This document shows positions 52,925 through 63,700 of a DNA stretch of 64,000 nucleotides, one piece after another. This stretch comes from Psammoneis japonica (lineage: Eukaryota). A program made the position numbers and the translations under genes. The stretch covers positions 1 through 64,000 of the forward strand of contig QPGO01000022.1 of the NCBI GenBank assembly GCA_008632985.1. The letters are read 5' to 3'. The notes under the pieces were generated by a model that saw only the letters and a program-made list of their open reading frames with translations, made no database searches and was not told the DNA's origin. Numbering within the stretch: position 1 is the first letter of the stretch; the number at the start of each line of letters is the position of its first letter.

Positions 52925-54422
52925 TCACAGCTTTTGAGAAAACCATGTTCCTTCATGGCTTTTCCAGACAACTTCAAAGGAGTTCGAGAGCGACCCATGA
53001 GATTCAAGACAAGCTGGTGATGAGGAAGATTCGCTCCCACAGCAGACAGTCATTTGATTGCGCTCCAGCATCTGGGCACAACGCGACTGAAAATCTTTTT
53101 CAAGCTGCTGAAATTACAACGAGAAAAGAGGACAATGACACAGCAATTGACAAAGAACAGTGTCGGCTGTGCACAAGTTGACAGATGAAAAAGGCCAGGC
53201 TTGCTTCCAGGGGCAGACCGGAGTGCAAACAACAGTTGTGGGTGCAGCCACTGGCACAGAGAATTGCATTCTCCATGTCAACAGTTTCCATCCCAACGAT
53301 GCATCCTTTCAGCAAGGGTTTGTGAGTGTCTTGAAGAGGGTTCTGCCACAGAAATGTGAGTGAATGTGCCATGTGGCAACTCCCGCCTCGCATTCCCGTG
53401 CGCTGCTTTTTCAAAAATGGACAATGCAAGCTTTCCAAACCTTGATGCCTCGCTCAATTTCCCAAGTGAGCACTGCACGACTCCATGCTGAGTGAAGGCA
53501 AATGAAGACAGATTTTGTCTCCCTGTTGTGCAGCGTGTGCTTCATTGAATGAAGCAACAGAACAACAAACAAAGTGCTTTTCTTGACCAGAACGCGCACC
53601 GAGCAATCAAAATGATCGCCTTCATTGCGCCAATCTTGTGATCGTCCGTCATTTGTGACAGAGAGAGAAGGTCATCATCGTCTGACTTGCGCACCATTTT
53701 CTTCACTTTTATGTTGTCATGCAAGACATGTGGCATGGATGGTCTCTCGGGTGTGATTTCTCCCAGCTGGGAGAGCAGCTCAAGACAAATTTTAACAGCT
53801 TCGTCACACTTTCTCTGGTTGGCAGAGAGGGACTCTATGATGGCAAAATGCGCAGGGACCTCATCGTCAAGAGATCGAGCATTTGACAGCACCTTGTCTG
53901 ACATGAGTCTGCTCAGTTCAATGTTCCCATTTCTTAGCTCCATTTCAGCCGAAGCACTGTGTGGCTTCAAGTTCAAGTTGTGCTCTTCGTTCCAACTGTT
54001 CTTCTGGTCTTTCAGCAGTGCAATGCCACATTGGAGGTGTTCTGCGCTGGCACAAAAGCGAATGTGCCCATTGCAATCTTGGCGGCTTCTAGGTTCAGCT
54101 TGGTTAATTATGTTTTGGCGTTGTCAGATGAGATGCACCTCGAACCAAGGTTTAATCGATGCGCAGCAATGACCAGCAACACCTCCTTTGATCCTTTGTA
54201 AGAGGCACTGCTGTGCCATATTGTTTTGTCAATCTCAAGATGTAACTTGTCCTTTTCGTCCCCGCCAGCCCCGAGCGAATAAGCGGCTTGTTGGATACGA
54301 TCATGCGAGAACTGACATCTCTTATTAGACACCTTTTCAATGAGTCCCTCATTACCGGTAGATGCCAAGACGAGGGTTTTTATTATCTCTTCCTCCGAAT
54401 TGTGTCCATCAGATTCCGCCAT
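52925..54422 (-). pseudogene. C-terminal part of an AAA-ATPase/TPR-like protein (related to bacterial kinase-ATPase sensor proteins)
   Basis: 'QFSHDRIQQAAYSL', 'LHLEI', 'AHRLNLG' and a downstream helical region; stops and frameshifts present. Confidence 0.75.
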
Positions 54423-54634
54423 GTCTTAATGATTCATGACGGGCACTTGGAGGTCAACGTCAAAAGTCAAAAAGAGGCATGCCGCATTTTTGAGAAGGCA
54501 CTGCCCCTCAGAAGCAAGACGTTTGATTCTTGCACAAACCACGTCGACGACGTCGTCTGAGGCATTCGTTTCTGCCACAATGCGATCAATATTGCAGCTC
54601 CAATCATAAGATATGAGAGAAAATGATATTAAAT

Positions 54635-55611
54635 CATCGCACTACAGCATTAATGGACAATAACCAAACGTCGCTGCATCCTTCCAATCCACCATTCTTC
54701 TTTGGCACGGCACCACCAAACAGCACGGCACCACCATCTTGTACGGTACATAGACAAGGCGAAGCACGAGGACACGGAGCATCATTGGTCATTTCGACAC
54801 GTGTCTATTCCCATATGGGCGTATCTAACACAAACACCTCGTTGGACATGGTCCCATCTTGTGCGGCTCCGCACGTTACCAGTAACTTGTTTTTCGATAT
54901 CAACGTGGCGCCATGCAAACCACGTGGTGAGGGGGCGTCACCCGTTGTATAGACACGCCACTGCCCTTTTCATTTACAGTAGTCACGACAAGAACGTGAT
55001 TGGTACAGCGATGAGTGTGCAACAAAACGCAGTCGTCATGCAAAGCAACCGCGACATCACGACTCGTAGGTCCGTCGGGTAGTTTGATGTTGCTTTCCAG
55101 CGTATTCCATTGGCTTCCATCCTCTAATTGCACGATATCGTCTAGAATTATTCCATCAGTCCCTGGTGTTTGTGGATCCCAACCACCAAACAGGGTGGGC
55201 TTGTTTCGTAAAATTGAGCAGGCAGACGCCAACCGTGGGTTGGGAGCATCACTGTTTTTTTTTGTGGAATCCAACCTTGATTGCTACTCCACTTCCACAA
55301 ATCATTCTTGACGTATGAGTTATAGCATCGCCGTTTGCTTCTTTTTCTTCCACGTATCCGCCAAAGACGTACAAGTCGCCTTGATTTGTCGTAAAAGAAA
55401 CGTGTCCGGATCGGGATGGAGTGATTTTTGCACTCCTCTTGGAAAGATCTATCCACTCGGCCTTGTAGCTCGTTGCTAAACTCTCAACTTCTAGCATCGT
55501 TATAAAGAACAAGAATACAAGTGTGTAGCTTAACTGTGATATACAGTGGCGACTCATTATCCTGTTTTGTGTTGTTCTTGTTGACATTACTTGTGACAGC
55601 AGCAGCAACAA
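54635..55611 (-). pseudogene. Kelch-repeat protein gene copy, frameshifted, TpA-retaining
   Basis: 'PSRSGHVS...LYVFGGY', 'NDLWKW', 'TLFGGWD', 'PRGLHGA' and 'VLFGGA...DVWLL'. Confidence 0.8.
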
Positions 55612-55815
55612 AACAACGCAACAAAAGAGAAGAATTCTCCGCCGACCTCACTTTTTTTTCAAGTGTGAGAAAAAAATTTGCTCAATGTGGGTTTATACAT
55701 ATGTCCAGTCATTATAGGTCTGAATGAAACATGTGGAAAAAAAAAATTTTTGACCGGGCAGAATCGGGCGAAAATGGGGAAAAAATCTGCCAAAATCTTT
55801 TTTTCGAAAAAAAAG

Positions 55816-55933
55816 ATATATATACATATATACTTATATATATATATATATTCAACTATCTATAGACAGTCTATAGATAGTCTATAGACAGTCTATAGAC
55901 AGTCTATAGACAGTCTATAGACAGTCTATAGAC
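55816..55933. repeat. (TA)n-rich tract followed by about 7 copies of an 11-bp unit with palindromic core GTCTATAGAC
   Basis: Read directly; exact palindromes start at 55880, 55891, 55902, 55913 and 55924. Confidence 0.95.
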
Positions 55934-56549
55934 ATTCATCTATTATTTATTAATGACTAAATATATGTATAACTTTTTTTTCGATTCTCAAAAATCTGTC
56001 GACATCTTTTGTTCGGAAAAGAATTATATACATATTCGGTCATTTTAAAAAATTATCAACTGTTGACCAACTATAGTGTTGATCACAACCATTTTTTTTT
56101 CGTGAAACGAAAAAAAGAAAAGAAAACACCAACAAACCAACAAAAAGACGACGACCAACGAAGCAACGGAGATGTATCCAGATTATTCTACAGTATGTAA
56201 AAAGTCGTCGTCAAGTTGCAACATCCAAGTTTCCAAACGAGGTTGTTGTCTGTCCACACAATCGCTCCTTCCACCCAGTCACAATCATGGACAGGCACTG
56301 GCCAAGAATTGGTTGGACGAAAGGTTGCTTGCGACTTGCGACTTTGGCAAGTCCCTCTCGTTGAATGGAGACGAGGCGATAATTCTTGCGATTGGAGACA
56401 CGACAAATGTGACCGTGCAAACCGTGATGATGGTGTTTTTCTGTTTGAGTGCGACTCCGCTTCGGACCGTTGGGTTCTTCTTGCTGGCGATGTTCCTGGA
56501 TTTTCGTGCGGCTCTCGGACACAGGAGACGTTGTTGCTTTCGGAGCTTA

Positions 56550-57150
56550 ACGACGCTCGAGTGCGAGAATGCCAAGACTGCTACTCCACCGTGGCGGAAG
56601 CCAAGGGCATGGCCTACCGAAACATACATGCTGATTCGGGCCATTTACGGATGCGTAGTGCGACCCCTAATGTTGCCGAGTCGGTTGCTTTTACCCTCGT
56701 GGACTTTGTGGCCACGGATGGGGGCGTGCAGGTTGCTATTTTTGTCAGAGCCATGGTCGAAATAGTACCCCGCACTGCGAGGATCCATCTTGCCCAAGTT
56801 ATTGGGTTTCATCGAGGACATTTCTTCTAGCGTATGCCTCTGGGTATTGTGTGAATACATGGATACGGAGGAAACTTTGAAACTTTTTCGGAACAGCCAG
56901 GTCCGACCCCATTCTTGATCTCCAAAGAAGAGAATCACAAAGAGAATCACGAAGAAGAAGAGGCTCCCAAAATGAATACCAAGAACGTTGTGTTGGCCGA
57001 TGGTACTTCTGCAATCCAGACTGTTTACTCCGAAGCTGCTCGTCCTGACGAGTCGGATAATACTCCTCATCTGCGCAAAATGGTGATTGGTGGTGACGTC
57101 TTCTTGCGAACCATTCTTGCTTCCCGCCTCACCAAGTTGTGTTTGATGGC
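56550..57150 (+). pseudogene. Internal fragment of coatomer beta subunit (beta-COP)
   Basis: 'VAESVAFTLVDF', 'CLWVLCEY', 'VLADGTSAIQT' (compare VLADGTYATQS) and 'LRKMVIGGDVFLRTILASRLTKL'. Confidence 0.8.
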
Positions 57151-59039
57151 TATCTGGTACGGATCTTCCTCAAATACCTTGTTCATTAGTTGAGACTATC
57201 GACTCCTCGTCGCGGCAATTTCGGCACTCCACGAAAAGTTGGATGATCCATTGTTTGTTAAACGGATCATAGTATTAGGTGGTTCTTTAGAGGTACGATT
57301 GTATTGCTCTTAGTATTTTACTGTATTTTTCTTTATGATAGCGGTCGAGGATTGTAGAGTACCGGCATGGCATGTCCTTTGGGAAGAAGAAAGATAATCT
57401 TAATGCGTTACAGCATTGGGTTGAGCGCGTACTCGCACTAACTTACTTTCAAATCGAGCGAGCTCTTTTGAAACTCAACCACACCTCTCCCACCCACAAA
57501 GCAACGCGCAAGACGACGAACGGAACGATCGCCAAGCAAATGATTTACGAAATTACATGATTCGTCTACTGCACGATGACGACTTTAATAAGTTTGTTGA
57601 TGATATGGAGCATAGCATAACCTCGGCGGACGATGGTGGAGCGGAAATATTGAGAGCACTTCGCCGGGCTGAAACGTAGAGCATTCATTGATCCGAAACC
57701 GTACTTTTCTGACAAACCTCGACTCGAGGATAAATCATCGAATCAGTCCTTAGGCTAAAGATCCATATCCATGAGTGTGTGAAAAGTATCCTCTTTCTTG
57801 TCTTGAAGAAGGTGGACAACGTCTTCGAGAAAAATCGTTTCTTGACTTGATGATTGTTTCCCTTTTCTAGTCGCTGACAAGATACGATCCAAGCAACTCT
57901 GTACTTCATGAGATCGAACTGACGATTGAGCAGCCATTGGCAGTGAAATCCAGTCATGAATCGTGACTCCTCTTCGTTCCATGCACGGTCTTTGAGTGAC
58001 ACTTCCTGGTTTGCAAGGGAACTCTATTTCCATTCACTCTGATGGACCGCCAGCACTCACCACAATAATCGGTTTGTATCGAGCCTCTCCAACACTTCTG
58101 AAGGTGCCCCACGTGTTCACCAAACGTGGGGCACTTCTGTTCACAAAGTGAAACCCAGGAGTAACAGACACTCTTGCATGTCCTTGCCCAGATTGGCGTT
58201 GTTGATTTTGAAGTGGCCTTTCAATGAAATTGGGAGACAGGCAAAGCAGCAGGTTCTTGGGGTTGGGATCTTCTGGCTCTCAATCATTGATTGATTCACT
58301 GAGGGCCCAAAGAACAAAGAATGAGCACGACATCCCCGAAAAGCACCTTGTGACGCTTGTGCTTTCATGCCACTTCTCACGTTCATAAGAGCATCTTCGA
58401 AGACTTTTCATGATGAGAGTGACACGGCTTGCAAAAGGCCGCATCAACCATCAGTTTCAACTGCCCAAGCCAAGATGCAGTGAGCAAGCAAAGAGCCATG
58501 GACAAATCATTCACCCCAAAGCAGCACTCATCCCATGCAGCCATTGTCACTGTGTCCCATGCCAAAAGCTTCACGCAGAGGTTTGGCAGCAGCCAACACA
58601 CCATGGGAGGTGACTGCAGAAGGGCAAAGCCACATCCCGTTCACTCCTGTCCCCCTCAAGTTTAATCACATTGAAGGAAAATTTTTGTGGTGAGAAACTT
58701 GCCACCCAGTTCAGTGTCTTGTGCAGAACAAATGTTTTCCAGCAATGCTGCCACTTCTCATGGCCAGATGCATCATTTGGTCGGAGAAAACTCAACGGCA
58801 TTTCATGAACATCTCTGTGTTGTGAAAGCACTGGAACCAAGGTTGCTGCAGCTGGAAACCCAGAGAAGAGCATCGGTGGCTGAAGTTGTCAGATTGTCAC
58901 TCATGACAATGAGAATTGATGGATGCCACATCTCCAGATTGTCCGCAACATGTTGAACTCCGCATTTTTGTGGAAGTCAACAGCAACAATGCTTCAGACC
59001 TTTGCATTGAGACTGAGACTTTTCTCCCAACTTGCTCAT

Positions 59040-59800
59040 TGGAAACCAATTCACCTGACGCTGTTGGCAGTGAGGATCACTTCTTAGAGTCTTTGACAGC
59101 TGTTGGCTGCTGCTTTGATGCACTGACCAGGAAGCAGGTTGCTGTCCACAAACGATGCATTGTGTGGAAGCTTGCACTCTGGAGAAAAGGGGCTCAGCTC
59201 TTTCTTGGCTTGGCAATGATTGACTTGTCATCACATGCTACTCCAGCTCTGTGATCAATGCAAGAAGGAATTGAAGGGTGGAGCACGGTCTGCCTTGAGG
59301 AAGGTGTTGAATGGCGATGTCGCGTTGAACACTCCAATGGTCGTTCTCTGCATCAGTCAAGATTTCTCTGCCAGTCCTTCTCTGGAATCAAAGGCAGAGC
59401 TTGCCAAGGGTTGGTGCTGCACTCCATTCAAGCTCTGTTGGATCTGCGCCTCACTCAGTGGGGTTTGGGATTTGCTGCTGGCACTTGTCTACAATGCGCT
59501 TTCATTGTGCTGTGACCCCAATGACCTGGTTGCCTTCAAGAGAGACCATCTTCACGTCTGTCTCATGCACCTTGGTCTCATGTTTCAACAGAGTGCAGTG
59601 CTTGTTCACTTTGTGCTTGCTCATCAATTTGTGGGTTGTGGATGCCAAGTCAGGAGCCTTCAAGCTGCCAATTCCCACACCTTGTGTAAAGTGCATGCCT
59701 TGTCTCATTCTGGGACCAGCAAGAATGAATCACAAAAGAAACAAAAGCTGGGTTCCTTGCAAGAGGATGTTGCAACTGCTGGTGGAGGCAATTGAAAGCA
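59040..59800 (+). pseudogene. BRCA2: Hypermutated fragment of the BRCA2 helical and OB1 domains
   Basis: 'VHKRCIVWKLA' (compare NHYRWIVWKLA), 'LLQLCDQCKKELKGGARSALRKVLNGD...PMVVLCIS' and 'ELAKGWC' (compare ELTDGWY). Confidence 0.78.
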
Positions 59801-60759
59801 ATTTCCACATTCACAATCATTTGTGGACTGACAAGCAATGCTTGTCTCTCGAATGTTTCTTGCCTGCTTCTTAACTTGCACCATGCCACGAAAACAAATC
59901 AAAGAAAGTTCCGCTGCGAAATTTTTGACTGGCAGACTTTTACAATTGGCAAAATCACAGCTGTGCATCTGATGGTCATAAGAAAATTTTTTGTGCCAGC
60001 CATGTGTCTCTGTTGGGAGCGCCTCTGTTGTCATCCAATTTGTGCTTCACAAAAAACAACTCCAATTTTGGCACTGCTTTGACAGTGGTTTTGGAGAACT
60101 CTTTTGCGCTTCCCAGTCTTGAATGTTCAGCTGAGCAGTCCCAGGAAGGAGTGTCCTGGACTCAGCAATTTCCACTGCGGACACATTCAGCCATCATTTC
60201 TCATGATCTGGGGTGGTGCATTGCTTTGTCCCATGAGAGCATGTTGGGATCCTTGTTCTTGCAAGTGGCAGCCTTGCAGACCTGGGGAGCAGTCACAGAA
60301 ATGGAGCACCCGTGATTGAGCCTGTGCTGTGCATGGAGGCAGCTGTCAAAGTGTGCCAAGCAGCCACATCCCTTGGATCCATCATGCCTGTGCCACTGCA
60401 GAGGAGCATGAGATCAAGTCGAACACATGGGAGGAGGAGTGGCAGGCATTTCCTTGCTCCCTCTCTTGGCTGGGTTCATGAGAGAGAGGCTCTGGGGAGT
60501 GGAGGGCTCCAACAGAGGGCTGGTCTTCACACTGGGTGGTGTCTGTGGGGCTGTCCCCCTCTGAGGCAAGTCTGGCATGAGAGGACCTGGAGAAGGCTCC
60601 ACCTGTGGCAGAGATGAAACTGAAGGGGCTGGCAACACCACAGAACTGTGTGTTGGCGTGCTGCAGGTGGGGTGGGAGGCACTTGGGCCACCAGAGAAAC
60701 TGCACTGGTGGAAGAAGGCGTGGTGAGCAGCCATGACTCTGTGGTGGCACAAACCTTGC

Positions 60760-63700
60760 ACATTTGCCAAGACAACACTCATCATGTTCTTGGGAAGGAT
60801 CAGCTTCAGCACCAAGAATCTCAAGAGCCTCTGCCTTCATGCAGAGCAAGCAGCAGGGAGCGCTGATGTGCTTTGCACGTGGAGACAGTTTTGCCATTTT
60901 TGCAAAGTTGAGGCATGCTTGAGGTCAGACTGTCCTTGCACACAATCAAAGTTGGGATCTTGCCTTCTTTTGCATCTGAAAATGCTCTAGATTTGGCAGC
61001 AGCATCAGGTGTCTTGCAGTTCTTGCACCCAAATGTGTGAGTCTGAAATCCTTTCAAAATTTCATGAACTGGAGTTAAGTTGATGTGCATCGCAGCCAAT
61101 GGAGCCAGCCTCTGCACAGCAGAAAGCATGACCTGCATCTGCAGCATGAAGACCCACAGAACAGGACACTCATGACCCAAGATGACATGCACCCAGTGCA
61201 AGACTAGATGCCAACCAGGTCCACAGGGTCATTGTGTGTGAAAAATCATGGGGCCAGCAGATCAATTGTTTGATTCAGAGGATTGATCCCTGCTGCCTGC
61301 TGATTTTTTGTTTTTGCATTCAAGCAGTCTCTTGTTGTCACCACCGTGCAACAATGATTTCTCTGACTGTGTTTCCAAGGGGCCAACAGGAAAAAATTGG
61401 TGCTGCAATTTTTTGCACAGGTGCATTGCTGAGGCCAAGCAAGGGTGGTTCACATGTGAGCTGCTTTGCATGTTGGAGAGACTGGCAGAGGTGATTTTCA
61501 ATGCATTTTGTGGTGTGTGTGTTGCCGTGTGCTTTGTTGCAGCCAAGGGAGTGCCCCACTTAAAAGCATTTTTGTGGTCATCACTCGAAGCAAGTAATTT
61601 CACAGCAAAAAAGTCAATCTTCTGGCACACACAGACAATCTGCTGACAAGCCCAAGTTTCCCATGGCCATGCAGACTGGCAAAATCAGCACCAACAAAGC
61701 AGCCAGTCCATTTGTTGTCACCAGGGCATGAACAGAGTCCCTTGTCCCCAGCACCTTGCAAATGCCATGAAACATGATTTTTTTTTTACCTCAACCATGT
61801 GGGAGTGCTTGGGAGTGTCAGAGAAATGGGCTGCTTGATGAGATGCATCAACACACCAACAAAGGAATGGTGATCCCAGCTCTTGTTGAATTTGGCTCCT
61901 TTTCATCTTTGTGACATGAAGCAGTGGCACATGGAGTGGAGGCTGACCTGCAATTTTCTGCAACAGCTGTCTTGAGAACCTTCTTGTCAAGCCAGACTGG
62001 GTGAGCAGGACTCCTTGGGGGCATTGCAGTCTTGCAAATCTTGATGCCAAGAAAATCAACAAGTTCTTGCTTGTTTTGCAACTCAAACACATGATGTTGT
62101 TTCTCATCTTGCAGCCACCCCCAGGGCTTTGATCCTTTGTTCTTTCCAGCATGAACAGCATTGTCAACACAGACCACTCGAATCATCTCATCCTTGAAGA
62201 ACAGGCATGGTTGACTTGTGACTGAGTCCACAACATTCGAGATTTGTTTTGACGACACTCTGAAGCTTGTCCTCAAGCACCAGAGATGTCCAGACTGGAG
62301 AGCAGCCAGCGTTCTTGTGGAACATCTCATCATCAAAAAAGCACTCCTGATCAGTGGGTGGCTGTGTGCACACCTCAACAAAATCATTGTCATCACTCAG
62401 TTCCATCAAATTGGCAAGTTCAAAAGGCAGAGTGGGTGCATCATTCTTGTCTCTGTCTGAGTGCACCACCAACTCACATTTGAGCTGTGTCATGCCTTGG
62501 GAGAGCAGCACTGGATGAGCACACTGTGGGCAACAGGTCAACTCAGTCATCAAGAGCAGAGACAACATTTTGAGTCTGCCAAGAGCATGGGGAGTTAAAG
62601 GGCTGAAAAGGGTGGGGAAGAGTGTGGCCAGCCACCATGCAATGGAGCAATTTTGCACACAATGACATCCCCATGGCAGGGATGGCAACACAGGGTGGGC
62701 ACACGTTTGAACAGGCAGACATGGTGGGGTGAGAATCCTCAGCAGAGATGCCACAGGCAAAGATGGTGTGAGCTTGGGGCCCCACCAGGTGGCGGTCTGG
62801 TGCCAGATTTGGCTTGGACATGGCATCAATGCAGTGCTGCTCAGTGGCAGGGAGAGCAGAATTGTCAAAGGGGGCACCAACTGGCTTGTGCTGTGGGGGG
62901 TCTTTGTTGGGGAACATGACACCAGCATTGTCCCAAGAGAAGTTGCCACAGCTGCCAAAGCAATGCTGCAGTCACCAGCATCTTCAAGCTCAACAGTCTT
63001 GACTGCAATCTTGGTGAGCTCCCTCTGAGATGCAGGAGCTGGCTTGCAGAAGCCTTTTGCAGTTGGTGCAGCCAGCAGAGGATGGATCCTTGACTTGCAG
63101 GACAATGAAGCCCAGTTCACACTGGTTCCTTGCCGCCAACAGGAGCATCCCTGGGCAAGTCAGTTGGATCGGAGGCAGTCTGGGTGGCCAGCCCAAGTGG
63201 GTGCCTGAGCACAGGTCATTGATGGTTGATGGAGGTGAGGTCACCCACAAGCTGCTCTTGCTTGGACAGCTTGTGAGCATGGTCCAGTTTCCTGTGATTT
63301 GTGCATGTCATGTCCCTGTGACACCAGTGTGTTTGAAAGAGTGCACTTTTCACAGAAACAGGTCAAACCAGACTTGCTCACAATGGGCTTAGAGGGATCC
63401 ACCAGATGGGCACAACAACGGGGCTTCTTGGTGTGAGCAACTCCTTGGGTTTGGCTCTTGTTTCTCAGCAGGGGAAGTTTCAATGGCAGCAGCACATGTC
63501 ATTGATGCTGGCACTTTTTTTCTTTTGCTGTTGTTGTTCACATGCTTGGAACACTTGCATGGGGCTGTGCCAGCCCACCCAGTGGCATGTTGTGGCTCCA
63601 CAGGAGTGGTGGGCACTGCTGCAATCAGATTTGGAGGCATTGTGGCTCTGAGGGGGCTCAGTCAAGAAGCTGAGCCAATCCTCATCAGCATTCAGAAGAT

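Noticed and set aside
23590..54000. Classical RIP or CpG decay alone as the explanation
   Set aside because: C->T processes cannot turn TAY codons into CAY/TGY and would keep or raise TpA content.
55859..55933. CRISPR array or telomeric repeat
   Set aside because: No spacers, 11-bp unit, eukaryotic context, and not a TTAGGG-like motif.
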